Positions 23,911 through 37,112 of a stretch of DNA of 64,000 nt are shown here, in pieces. Positions within the stretch are counted from its first letter, which is position 1. Every line of letters begins with the position of its first letter. A model generated the notes under the pieces. It saw only the letters and a program-made list of their open reading frames with translations. It did not search any database and was not told where the DNA came from. This DNA is from Octopus sinensis (taxonomy: Eukaryota). The position numbers and the translations under genes are program-made. Location: assembly GCF_006345805.1 (NCBI RefSeq), contig NC_043008.1:25916001-25980000 (forward strand), given 5' to 3'.

Positions 23911-26900
23911 ACAAAGAAATGGAGAGGCAACAATATAATATTTAATAATCAACTCTGTTTTATGGAAGAATGCCATAAAGAAATAACTCTGCAAATTACA
24001 TGATGTGACATCATTTCTTGTCTCTAGAATTTCACTTGGGATAAACTATGACTGTTGAAATTATCAGAAATTATGCAAAAAAGAAATCCATAATTAAAAA
24101 GAAAAACACAAAATTTTGATTTAATTTATTTTTCAGTTCTTTTCTCAAAATATATCGTGTAGTAGTAAGTTTTTAAGTAAACAAAGTTTTAAACTGGTTC
24201 TATGTTTTGCATTTGAACCTTTCCACATATATTGTTTTGTTGTCTTTTTAAATCTGAATTTACACAAATTTATATATCCACTTTTCATCTGAAGTTTTGT
24301 TCTTTTGAAAAAAATAATACCCTGTCCAAGAAATTTCACTACCAATTTCTCACATTGTCAATTAAAATGCTTTTCCTTGCTACTGAGTGCAACAGTTGAT
24401 AAAAAACTGCAAATTTCAATTTATGCAAATATTGAAACAAAAGTAATAAAAATTATGACTGGAAACAAGAACATACATGTAATAGATTTGAACATGTATC
24501 TCATGCGCTCATACTCCAGTACATTACCCTATCTTCAATTTAGTCTCTTTACAGACTGTTTAAACCCTTATTCAGAAAATAATGAATTCATTGCTCTTGT
24601 ATTTTTATTTTCAGTTGATCATTAGTCAACATGTTCTCCCACAGCCACTTTGAATATTGCCTTTCGATCAGTTTGTTGTCTTTATTAGAATTTATTTGAA
24701 AGGTCAACATTGATCGCCATTGCTTCTATTGAACATTTTGGAAGTTATTGACAGCCATCGTGACTTAGCCCATGAAGGTTAAATATTTCTTGAAAAGCCA
24801 TCAGGAGTTTTGTTTTCACACATTAACGATACAAATTGTTTTTAGCTATTAACTACTGGTTGGTGTCAATTTTTTTATCACTTCAATTGACTACTTATTG
24901 CCTTCTCAAAGGAGATGCATGAATGCTTGGTCCCCACCTTCTCTTCTATCTATTTAGCTTTATTCAGAATTATCAAAGATGTGAGAACATTCTTTCTATT
25001 GCATTTGGTAAAATAAATTTTTGTATTTCATTATATTTTTTTGTGTTCAGCAATTATTGCAGAATATAACCTAGGAAACACAATTTCAAATAGAAACTAA
25101 AAAAATAATAAAAAAGCAAAAGAAAAATACAATTACTTGTATAATCCCATGATAATAATATTGGATTAAATTATTCTAAAGAAATGTCCATCGAAAATAT
25201 GAGAAAGGTGAAATGAAATACCAATTCAATAGCAATAGATGATAAACAAATATAAACAGAAAAGAAAAATGTTTTATTTTATAATTTGCTAAATTTTGTT
25301 ATAAATTTATATATTTATAATTACTTATTTATGTATTTACATGTTTATTTATACCTGTTTATTCCTGTATTTCAAGCTCTGAGATGGGAAAGGGTGTTGG
25401 TTATATTTCTGGAGTTTAGTATAGTTTCTGTTTAATGAAATTTGCAAAAGAACACTCGGGGTAGGATTCGGTTAAATACAGTGTAGTATACTGTCTCATG
25501 CTTTCTTTCCACATTAATCTCTCATTCCTTTAGAACTAATAAACATTCTGAGATAATCAGAATAATCAAATCCAGAGAAGGTTTTATTCCTAATATAGGT
25601 ATCAGTTGTCCTTGGTGAAATAGTTTTGATGCTGATGAATAAATAGTAATTAATGAAATTATACTGTTTCCTCTTGAAGAAGAAACTTAATTCCAAGTTC
25701 GCCATCAACAAACAATTTTCTATTTACTTATTCTTGATCTCCCTTCTAAATCTCATGATGTTAGTTTTCCCCATTGTTGTTATTTAGCCTCATGTCAGCC
25801 ATGATAGAGCAGAACAAAGACATACCAGCCATCGTTTCTCCATTTTTTTTGTTTGACATAATTTATCTAGAAGTACATTACCTAATGTTTCCTTGCCTTT
25901 CTAAGAACTTAAAGCCTGATTTAAGGAAGCTGCTGATGCCTTTTCTAGCATATTGTGCCACCAGGATTGGGACCCAACTGTTGATTACTTACAGACATTA
26001 TTGGTATTGCTGGTAATGTGAACTTTCATGATGTCAATTTATATTTTAGCATGATTCTTCAAGATCTTCAAACAAATAGGTTTAAACTGTCCTAATGTGC
26101 CAAGTGTACTTGAAATTAGCTGTTGTCATTGTTGTTGTTATTGTAGCTGCTGTCATGATTGTCATTATAGTTGTCAGCTCCGGTCTTATCAAACTTATTG
26201 AATAGACACAGGTGATTAACTGCTGCATTCAACCAACATTTTTATTCATGGTCAATCAGTTTTTATTGTATGCTGTCCCAAAATTCAGTACTAAAATATT
26301 TTCCCTATTTTAAAGTTCCCATTTAATTTCTTCGCTTTCAGATGAAGAATAGGGTTTGAAATATTAGATTCTACACTCATCATGACAACAATTAAACTTA
26401 TCAAACTCTTCTATGAACTCTCCCCCACTGACTAAATGTCATTGAAGCAGGCCATCACCAGTTTCCTGGGATTTCACAATTTACTCCAGTTTTAAAGATG
26501 GCTGAGATTTGGCAATTATATTTGTGAAGATCAAGAGATTATGTGGAAACATTCAATGACCCATTTAAAGTTAAGTCAATTAATAGAACTATACATTTAA
26601 CTGATATCAATGTCCATCTTATTAGAAATTAAATTGTTTCAAAATAGGTACATAAAGGCGTTAAAGTTTGGCACCATTAAACCCAAATGTCATAAAGTTA
26701 AACCTTGGCAATTGCATTAGTCCTAAGCAGATTATTCGTATCCAATCAGGTTCATTAATAGCCTATTCATTTTATTGCTGAAAGACTTAATTAAAAATAT
26801 TATATTACTTTTAATTACCATTATTATAAAATACTACTAATGTAGCAGAAAGTTGAATTTTCTGGTTTGCATTATTTTAGGTTTTATCATCCATTTATAG

Positions 26901-27490
26901 GGTGGTGTTAAAGTTGAGATGATGAATATACTGAGAGATTTCTATTAACTATACTGTCCAGCTAAATGAAAAGAGCTACACTCAATTCAAAGTATAGTTT
27001 ATCTAGAAGAATAGTTGGACATTGTGTTTTACAGACTTATAAAACCATTATTATCTATTGATCTGAACTGAAACATTGCAAAAGTAGACATTTCAGTTTA
27101 TTATATACAAAAGTCTTGTAATCATGTCTTGTTTATATATTGTTTTTAATGCATTTTCCATTTTCCAAATGATTACTGACTCTTTGACTTGACAATATCA
27201 TTTCAGCTGTCATTAGTTTCTACAATGTTTCATGTTTTACAGTTTAAAGCTACTGGCTTAATACTTAACTCTATTTTTCTTAAAGACAGCTTCATTTTCT
27301 CCCATCCACATTAATTACATATCATAAATGAAAGCTAAGAAAGCACATGCCACTTTTACGAGGTTGCAGCTTTATACATTGATAGATTGTGGTTAACTTC
27401 AGTGGTGTTGATTTATACATTGAGAGGTAGGTTTTCTGTAGAATGGGATTTAATGTGTAAACTCCAAGTAAAGTCATTCTATAGAAGTCA

Positions 27491-27652
27491 GCTGTGTGGT
27501 AAGAAGCTTGCTTCCCAATCACAAGGTTCTGGATTCAGTCCCATTGCATAGCACTTTGGACAAGTGTCTTCTACTATAGCCTCAGTCTGACCAAAGCCTC
27601 AAAGCCTTGTGAGTGATTTGTTAGATGGAAACTGAAAGAAGCCTGTTGTGCA
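27491..27652 (+). mobile_element. SINE family B, head half
   Basis: 'gtgtggtaagaagcttgct...tcagtccca...aagtgtcttctactatagcctc...ggaaactgaaagaagcc'. The matching tail is at 29988-30215. Confidence 0.8.
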
Positions 27653-27676
27653 TGCATATATATATATATATATATA

Positions 27677-28390
27677 TAACTATAAATAAGGGTATCTGAG
27701 ATGCCGAAATAGCAGTCAAATCCCTGACTCTAAAAACCACCTAAAATGTTCATATCGCACCACGAGATAAGACAGAGAGACAAAATAAACTAGCAAAAAG
27801 ATTCAAATTGCATGCCAATTCAAATTGCCCGATATTTATTGCCAGATTCAAATTGCCTGATCTTTAAATATCGATATTATCCTTATTTATAAATTTATAT
27901 AATTCGTCACTATATTCACTGGGGTGTTTATTTTGACCATATCGCGCTTACGAGGTAGTTGGCGGGCAATTTGAATCTGGCCTTGTACATACATGCATAT
28001 ACTTGTATGTATGGACGTTCGTATATGTAAGTATAATGTGTGTTCTGTATATATATGTATTTGTATTTATGTGCCCATCTGGTATATTCAACTGATGAAA
28101 GCAGAGCTTATTTGAAGCAAAGCTAGAAATCCAGGATCTTGAATTATTCAGTAATATCTTTTTGCTAGTTTATTTTGTCCCTCTGTCTTATCTCGTGGTG
28201 TGATATGAACATTTTAGGTGGTTTTTAGAGTCAGGGATTTGACTGCTATTTCGGCATGGTGGTGTCTCTCAGATACCCTTATTTATAGTTGTAAAAAATT
28301 ATTACCTTTATATGGTATTTATTCCCATGCTGGCCACTTGATAATATTGATATTTAAATATCGATATTATCATTATTTATAAATTTATAC
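27677..28390 (+). mobile_element. Penelope-type remnant: inverted plus direct pLTR pieces
   Basis: ~27677-27803 is the reverse complement of ~28156-28290. 'tttaaatatcgatattatc.ttatttataaatttata' is directly repeated at ~27863 and ~28353. Contains a hammerhead motif. Confidence 0.75.
28086..28144 (+). ncRNA. Type-I hammerhead ribozyme
   Basis: attcaa-CTGATGA-a-agc...gct-a-GAAA-t(ccagg)a-TC-ttgaat: 6-bp stem I, intact CUGAUGA/GAAA core, AUC triplet and near-palindromic stem III. The 10.1:11.1 pair is A.A. Confidence 0.65.
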
Positions 28391-28402
28391 ACACACACAC
28401 AC

Positions 28403-28464
<62 letters not shown>

Positions 28465-28466
<2 letters not shown>

Positions 28467-29738
28467 CCATATAAACAGGCATACAGGATGGAATTTGAAC
28501 TTTAAAATAATTAACCCTACAACTAGGAGTCGTTTTATATACTCTATAAAATCTGAACCATAACTTCCTGTGGTTTAGAGTAGCACCAATGTCAATGGAG
28601 AACAGTGTAAAGCACTCACATAGATCTTATGGTTCTACAGCATAGTATTTCCTACTGATACTTACATTTATGTTTGAGAAGCTGGATTAATAGTAGGATT
28701 ATATTAAAATAACAGTAATGCAAACTTAGTAGATAGACGAACAGAAAATATAAACAATCAACCAGTTCAGCCGGACCCAGAATGCATTATCTTTACAATG
28801 TCTTGTTAGAGCACTTTCTCATACAGTGCTCAGCCAGCTGGGGTGGTGGCTTCAAGACAAGTGTAGTTTACAGTAACTAACTTACCTGTTACTGCAGATT
28901 AGCAGCATGTACCAGTACCTTCTGTAATGGGCCAGTTATTGTCAGTCAGACCAATCACTGTTACTGCTAACTTTTAAACATTTACAGACAGGATTTCTTG
29001 AAAAGGCTCAAGTTGTCAATCTCTCATAAGCACCAGTACTCTCACTGGGTGAACATTCATTTTCAGTAACTGCAAAACCCCATCATGACTCCAAGTGATA
29101 AACGAAAGAAATATTAAGCTGGTTTTAAGCTGAAAGTGGTAGCATACACCAAGTCACACAACTGTGCTGCTGTGAGAGAATACAGTGTAACCAAGAAGAT
29201 GGCAAGAGTTTGGAGATTAAAGGAAAACTTATCAAGGAGTATACTTAGGACAAAATGTGCAGTGAGAGGTGGCACTGCACCCTGGCCGATTCTAGACAAG
29301 CATGTAGCAGACATGGTCTGTGAGCAGCATCAAAAGGGATATGCTGTTTCAAGACCAACAGTTTTGTAAAGCAAAATAAAATTTACAATTTAAAGAAAAT
29401 ACTTGTAGTGTACTTTATAACATTTCTAGTATATTACAATATACTATTACACATACAGTAAGTAAATCTGTAAATACATTTCAAGTAAAGGATGTTATTA
29501 TGATATACTTGATACCATATTAGTTCTTGTAAAATAACCGATGCTCAAGTGACTTCACTATGGTAGTATTTACACCAGCCAGGTATGTTTGATGTGTATT
29601 ATTGTAGGTAATTTACAATATTTAGCCACTTTTTGAAGAGAACTGGATTAGTCTCATACAGCAAACCCACTTTTTAAATAGAAATCCTGGGGTGTCATCT
29701 CGTACACCCATTCGTATTATACACCAGTATATGTGGTA
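28465..29738 (+). mobile_element. pogo-superfamily (Brinker-DBD, POGK-like) non-autonomous deletion derivative
   Basis: Imperfect TIRs 'taccatataaacaggcataca' / 'tatacaccagtatatgtggta'. Residual N-terminus RKKY*AGFKLKVVAY..NCAAVREYSV..RVWR followed by WPILDKHVADMV..KGYAVS (CENP-B HTH-like) at ~29085-29369. Confidence 0.7.
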
Positions 29739-29752
29739 ATATGTATATGTAT

Positions 29753-29837
<85 letters not shown>

Positions 29838-29987
29838 ATATTATTTTACTAAGCCCTTTTATATAATGTAATAATTTGAATTCACCTTAAATGGTCCCTT
29901 TACATACTGAATACTTGGTGAAATTGATTAATAATTAATTAATTTTACCCTCAATTGTTGAAATTATATATATATATATATATCAAC

Positions 29988-30215
29988 GTGTGTATGTATT
30001 TGTTTCTGTGTTTGTTCCCCTATCACTGCTTGACAACCAGGGTTGGTTTGTTTACATCCTTGTAACTTAGTGGTTCAGCAAAAGAGACTGATAAAGTAAG
30101 TACTAGGTTTTAAAAATAAGTCCTGGGGGTCAATTTGTTTGACTAAAACCTCTCAAGGTGGTACTCCAGCATGGCTACAGTCAAATGACTGAAAGAAGTA
30201 AAAGAATAAAAGAAT
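29988..30215 (+). mobile_element. SINE family B, tail half
   Basis: 'tgcttgacaacc...tccagcatggctacagtcaaatgactgaaa...aaaagaataaaaga'. Confidence 0.8.
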
Positions 30216-31349
30216 ATGTTGAGTGGAAAAATTTATAATTGGATGCTCTTGTTTTTTCATGCAATTCTAGAGTCATTGTTATCTAATATGTCCTTCTTTT
30301 CAAGATAATATGGTATCATTTGCTGGCCATTTGGTTGCTAATTTTTGCAAAATAAATGGCCCTTCATTGGCTCAGTCACATAATATTTTTTATATGCCAC
30401 TTGAGTAAGAAATGGGAATGGTTCTTATTTTCATCTTGATAACTGTGGTAGAATTTGAACTTGTGAGATATTAGTAAGTAGTTTCAACTAATAGCCTTAA
30501 ATTTCGCGTGTTTAAAGATATCAACCACCTTTTACTAATTCTTTGTCATGGCAAATAAAAATATTCCATTTGGGATCTTTGCTGCCAGTAATATTTAATA
30601 TGCTATTGGCTGATTAAAAAATTGAAGTTTCTTTAAAAATTAGCAAGAGGGATTTGTACAATAAGATGTTCTGTGCTTAATTTGCAATTTGTACATCAAT
30701 AAACAGAAAGATTATTAAAGTTTAATCTGATTTTTGGAAGAAAAAATAAGAAAGCAATTTATAAAATTCTGAAGTAATCTTATAGATTTATGCAATGTCA
30801 GAAAATGTCTTATTTCTTAAATGTCACTTTAATAAAATTACTAAATATTTGCATTTTTAAAATTTTCTAAATGGATTTTTAAAAATATTTAATCTATTTT
30901 TCTTGGAAATATTGCTTATAACTCTCATGTTACTCTTTTTAATAACTTCTGGTAATTTCAGACACAATATTTTCCAACAATACTTCCGAATGTTTTCTTT
31001 TTGCATTTAAATGTTCTGTGAATGTGTGGGTATGTGTGTGTGAGTGCGCAATGTGTCTGTGTGTGTGCATGTGCGAGTGTGTGTGTAAAAATAAAGAAAA
31101 GGAGAAGCATTTCAAGCTGAGTTTAAAAGAGAGTGTATTAAACATGTATAAAATAGAGTCACATTTGTACATATAATCTTTAAAGTACTAAACGGATGTG
31201 ATATAAAAGTATCCTTGTAATTAGAATGCCTTTGGCAGAGAGGAGAAATGATGACTTAACAGAAAAAAGAGATGGCTTCATGTATAATTACTATGATTCT
31301 TAATGCTCTCTCTTAAAAGTTAATTCCAATTTGCATAAAATATTTAGTA

Positions 31350-31513
31350 GCTGATGTTAGTGTGTTTACATCCCTGTAACTTAGCGGTTTGGCAAAAGGG
31401 AGCGATAGAATAAGTACTAGGCTTACAAAGAATAAGTCCTGGGGTCGATTTGCTTGACTAAAGGCAGTGCTCCAGCATGGCCACAGTCAAATGACTGAAA
31501 CAAGAAAAAGAGT
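31350..31513 (+). mobile_element. SINE family B 3' fragment
   Basis: Matches 36872-37035. Confidence 0.8.
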
Positions 31514-33130
31514 AACCAGCAAAGGCACTTCAGCATTGTTATTGAACCCGATTAATACTACAGCAAAATTTGTCATTTAAAATTGTCTTTTAGGATGGGA
31601 TCACTTATTTAAGTTATAAATATTAAGGAACTATTCCAGAAAACAATAAAGACAATGACTACACCTTCTATGCTTCTCTGATTATGTAACCTCTTGTATG
31701 TTTTCTCAGATGAATCTGACAAGAGCTATTGATCAAAAGTAATATTTAATGAGGTAAAAATCTTATGATTTCTGATCTCTAAGATGACTAAGCACTACAA
31801 TCATCAGCCAAAATTTGTAGGAGTGATTATTACACTGGTATAAAGAAATGATGCGAATGGACACTGAATGCTCTCTGAAAAATTAATATATTCTGTGAAG
31901 ATAATAAGAGAAGATAATAATAATAATAAAAATAAAAAAAAACTGAAAAGTGGGTGAGATCAGCTGTTAGCATCCTGAGAGCAACAGATGAAATAACATG
32001 GACCCTAGATGAATGAAGATAAGCTATATTATAAACCTATCAAACCTTATTAGCAGAGGACAGCATAGTTTAAAATACTGCCTCTTATGATGATAATGAT
32101 TTAGGACTGATAGGGAGAAGATCTCCACTTCAATGAAAGTCAGCTTCACTGTGTGGTACTAGATTTCAGTGTAATTTTGCATGCTAAAATTTTCATTTGA
32201 AAAGTTAGAAGTTTTCATAGAATTTGGGTATTGCTATGGTTAATAGAATAAATTTACAGCAGGTAAATTTCTCTTGCTACTTAAATGGATGCAAGTAGAA
32301 TTCAATATCTTGCTCTGAAACTTATCCCAGTTCACAGATACATAGCTGGTCAGAAATAGCTGCAAAATTATCCTCCAACACACCTTAGAGTTTAAAGATA
32401 CATTGGATAATTCAGTAGGTGATATATGAAAATGACAGAATGTTCACAGATAGAATGACTGGGATCATAAGTTTTTTTGATCAGTACAAGCCAGGGTTAA
32501 ACAATAACTTCGGTATTTAGTCGAATAATTTAACTGCTTCACCACTTTTACCATTTATAGATTTACAGATATAATAGTTATTCCTAATTTGAAAGTTGAC
32601 CAAAAATAATTTAATTGATTTCTTTTTTCTTAGTGAAGTAGATGAATGCCAGGTTAAGAATTATTTACCGAAAGAGTTAAATTACTTGCTGGATTGAAAC
32701 CAATTTATAAGTGTTCCAAGAGATGGAACAATTCACTTTTGAGGCCACATTTGGCACTTGATTAATTAAGAATCAGAAATACTGGACAGTTTTGCCAGTA
32801 ATTTAAATCATTAATTTTGATCAAAATACTTTGCAAATATTCAGCTAAATGTTGATTTTGAGAGATGAAGTTCTTAATGAACATTGATTCATTTGCTGGA
32901 ATATATTCTCAGAGTTGCAGCACAAATTAGAAAGAAAAGGAAAGAAAAATTCAAAGTTAAGATATGAGTAAAGAGGTGTTCAAATAAATCTTATGGCAAT
33001 TTATTAATTTCCAATGACCTGCTGTGGTCTATTTTCAACATTTTTCTCAACTGATAAATTTTCTGCCCCCAAGTAAACAATCTTTCAAATCTGCATTATA
33101 TAGTATTTCTTGTATTCAAAATCATCCTGC

Positions 33131-33233
<103 letters not shown>

Positions 33234-33399
33234 TGTGTGCTTGTGTGTATATAAGTGTGTACTTGTGTGTGTATGTATGTGTGTTTTAAGTATGATGTTT
33301 TAAAATGTGGATGTATTGCATATGAGAAGAGTCAGAATTTTAAATTTGTTGATAATCGTATTAACAGAGACTACAGTAGTCATCTAAAATATCAATAAT

Positions 33400-33620
33400 A
33401 ATAATCCTTTCTACTAAAGGCACAAGGCCTGAAATTTTAGGGGAGGGAACAAGTCAGTTACATCAACCCCAATGTTTCACTGGTACTTAATTTATTGTCC
33501 CCAAAATAATGAAAGGCAAGTTGACCTCGGTGGAATTTGAACCCAGAACATAGCAATGGGTGAAATACCACTAAGCATTTCGTCCAGTGTGCAAATGATC
33601 CTGCCAGCTCACCGTCTCCA
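33400..33620 (-). mobile_element. SINE family A
   Basis: Reverse complement of the family A head and core ('ggaatttgaac', 'gaaaggcaag', 'ctgccagctc'). Confidence 0.8.
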
Positions 33621-33631
33621 TAATAATAATA

Positions 33632-33671
<40 letters not shown>

Positions 33672-33747
33672 GATCAAATCTAAATGAAAATTTGATTAGT
33701 TCATTTAATTCATCCTGTAATTGACTGGTACATTATATTATAAATAC

Positions 33748-34345
33748 TAAGGCAGCGAGCTGGCAGTAACGTTAGCATGCCGGGTGAAATGCTTAGTGGT
33801 ATTTCGTCTGCTGCTACGTTCTGAGTTCAAATTCCACTGAGGTCGACTTTGCCTTTCATCCTTTCAGGCGATTAAATAAGTACCAGTTACACACTAGGGT
33901 CGACATAATCGACTTAATCCGTTTGTCTGTCCTTGTTTGTCCTCTCTGTGTTTAGCCCCTTGTGGGTAGTAAAGAAATAGGTATTTCGTCTGTCTTTAGG
34001 TTCTGAGTTCAAATTCCGCCGAGGTCGACTTTGCCTTTCATCCTTTCAGGCGATTAAATAAGTACCAGTTACACACTAGGGTCGACATAATCGACTTAAT
34101 CCGTTTGTCTGTCCTTGTTTGTCCTCTCTGTGTTTAGCCCCTTGTGGGTAGTAAAGAAATAGGTATTTCGTCTGTCTTTAGGTTCTGAGTTCAAATTCCG
34201 CCGAGGTCGACTTTGCCTTTCATCCTTTTGGGGTCTATAAATTAAGTACCAGTTATGCACTGGCGTCGATGTAATCGACTTAATCCCTTTGTCTGTCCTT
34301 GTTTGTCCCCTCTATATTTAGCCCCTTGTGGGCAATAAAGAAATA
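33748..34345 (+). mobile_element. SINE family A with a 182-bp internal tandem triplication
   Basis: 'ggtatttcgtctg' starts at 33798, 33980 and 34162. Each unit carries the B-box 'gagttcaaattcc' and core 'gtcgactttgcctttcatccttt'; only the first has the A-box head. Confidence 0.9.
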
Positions 34346-36646
34346 ATAAATAGTAAGGGATGAAAGACAAAGTTTGTATGAACAGGATTTGTAATCTGAA
34401 CACGAAGGACTTTAACTAAATATTGCAACAACAGACAACTGATTAACACTAATGATTCTCCCATTGTTTTTTCCAGAGCCTTGTCACTTTCCAACACTGT
34501 TCATTCACCTTTCCACCAGCACCATGGTAGAAGACAAGAAACTGCAATCATGCCATAAACATTGGGCTATCAGCAACTAAACCAGCAACCCTACAGATCA
34601 TACTCAGTGAGGTGGGTGTATTTTTAATTGTTTTTGGAGACTCTTCAGGATGGAAAATATGGGTGAATGGATGAACTTAAGAAAGTCAATAACCATCCAA
34701 ATAGATATTTATTTATTTATTTCATTATCATTATTACTAACTTTCCACAGTGCAACTGTCTTATGACAGTAGTAATAATGATAATGTGTACCCTGAAATG
34801 AAAACCAACAAAGAAAGCCCTTTCAGGATTAGATTTACTACAAAGAGGAGAGAGTCTCTTTCATCTTGACTAGCAACCTCCTAAAAATGATGTCTTGATA
34901 AAAACATCAATGGTAGTGACACCTTAACATTACTGTTCTCTCTATGAATGAAATGCAAAATTAGAAGTATAATTTATTGAATGCAATTATGGGACTGGAT
35001 CCCCAAGTAAAAGTCTCTCACAAGACAAGTATCCCACTATGCAAAAGGATGAGTCCGGTCATTATTCAACTACTTCTCAAAAGATTAGAAAATGGTCTCA
35101 AGACTTCTGCAAAGATTAGGAGACAGCCTTCATTCTGACATTAAAAAATATGTATCAATTCAAGGGAGATTCAAAAAATATCTTGTACCTGTTTATTTGT
35201 TTACATTATTTTTTTCATTTAGTCAGGAAAGAAAAGCCTGTATCTATGAAATCTTTTCAGAGTGTCTAAGATTGTTGCAAATTTGGGAGTGAATTATTCT
35301 TAAACTGGAGTGCTATCCTGCCAAGGGATGAACACTGCTAAAGGTAGTCAAGAATCAGGTGATAGAGGTGTTAAACCATGTGATGTATTAAGTAAACCCC
35401 TCAAAAGCTTAGAAAGCAGCAACAGTCATAATTTCTCCAATCTGCTGTCCAAAACTGTACTTTATTGTATTGATCCCAAAAGAAGTAAAAATAAAATTGT
35501 GTTTAGAGCGCAGACATCTGGAACAAAAACTGCAAGCTATCTTCTCTTATTCTTTAAGGATTCTGACAATTTTTTGCCTACAGTATTAAGATATATAAAG
35601 ACTTCTTGTTTCACAAATACTACAGTGTGTTCCTGTTCACATTCAGTTAATTGATAATATGACATGTTGCAAGTGGTATTGGGATGAAAAATTGTTCTTC
35701 ATAAGGCTATGCAATGATCTCTGAGTTCATAATATTAGTTACTTGTTACTTTTGACTCTTAGAAGGTTTGAAAGTAGTTAATAAGGAGTGCAAAACAAAA
35801 AGTAAGAGCTTCTTCAATGTGAAGAGATGAGGACAAAGAACGAAAGTTTTGAAAGTGAAAGAAGTTTACAATGATGTCTTTGGATGACAATTATGATAAA
35901 GAAACACTTGTGTTTAGTTGTGGTAAGTTGTTGAACAAGACATTTTAATGAGAAGAGTGATCCTATATACAATCAAGCCAACGGAAATGAATGGCTTCAT
36001 ACAGATCGCTTTATTAGTGTGAAGAGGATCAATATAATAACGAAAGTCTTTAAAACATGGATTCTGAAGAATTTTTAAGAAAGTCTTTTGAAAATTTTAA
36101 ATGCATTACAAAAAGTGAGTGTAACACAAATTACTTGTTTAATTATGCAAGGTTTTTAGATAAGTATTATTCCCAGGGAGCAGCAAAGTAGTATATTATC
36201 CTACTGCTCAAAATATATTTGCTAACAAAGAATATATTTTTGAGGAGTCAATTATGAAATTAGTAGGAAATATAGAAAAGTGAGTATAATATTCAATAGG
36301 TTTATGTAAATTAGGTTTACGTTTATATATCCTTATTTTTAAAATATATGTAATACATAAACAGAGTCTGAAAGATTGCTTTAAGATATATTGTGAATTT
36401 TATAAAAGTGCCTGTTCAAGTATCATAATAGCATCAAACTATTAGTAGCTGCTTTGGTTGTGTATTTAAATTGATACGCATACACACACATACATATATA
36501 TATATACTTACATATTATCTACAGGATTCTTAAGAATCTAGGTATATCAACAAGAAGAACACCAGGACTAACTGAATTAAGTTTACAGTAAAGTAAAACA
36601 ACAATTAGGTGTCAGTAACATAAACCTTATCAATATCACATAATAT

Positions 36647-37050
36647 TTGTGTGGTAAGTAGCTTGCTAACCAACCACATGGTTCTGGGTTCAGTCCCACT
36701 GCGTGGCATCTTGGGCAAGTGTCTTCTGCTATAGCCTCGGGCCGACCAAAGCCTTGTGAGTGGATTTGGTAGACGGAAACTGAAAGAAGCCTGTCGTATA
36801 TATGTATATATATGTATGTGTGTGTATATGTTTGTGTGTCTGTGTTTGTCCCTCTAGCATTGCTTGACAACCGATGCTGGTGTGTTTACATCCCCATCAC
36901 TTAGCGGTTCGGCAAAAGAGACCGATAGAATAAGTTCTAGGCTTACAAAGAATAAGTCCCGGCGTCGATTTGCTCGACTAAAGATGGTGCTCCAGCATGG
37001 CCACAGTCAAATGACTGAAACAAGTAAAAGAGTAAAGAGTAAAGAGAGTA
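36647..37050 (+). mobile_element. SINE family B, intact copy
   Basis: tRNA-like head ('gtgtggtaagtagc...gggttcagtccc'), CORE-like 'ttgggcaagtgtc', central (TA/TG)n, and a (TAAAGAG)-like tail. Confidence 0.85.
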
Positions 37051-37112
37051 TATATATGTATATATATATACATGCATATATATATATGCACACATATATA
37101 TATATATATATA

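Noticed and set aside
26335-26375. Hammerhead-like 'cagatgaagaatagggtttgaaatatt'
   Set aside because: The core and stems are too degenerate to support.
33780-33840. tRNA gene
   Set aside because: A/B-box-like motifs belong to a multi-copy SINE head; no complete cloverleaf.
34478-34611. Possible host exon (ttttccag ... gag|gtgggt)
   Set aside because: All three frames contain a stop; there is no support without transcript data.
34723-34786. Small inverted repeat cattatcattattact / agtaataatgataatg
   Set aside because: The arms are simple (ATT)/(AAT) low-complexity sequence and likely coincidental.
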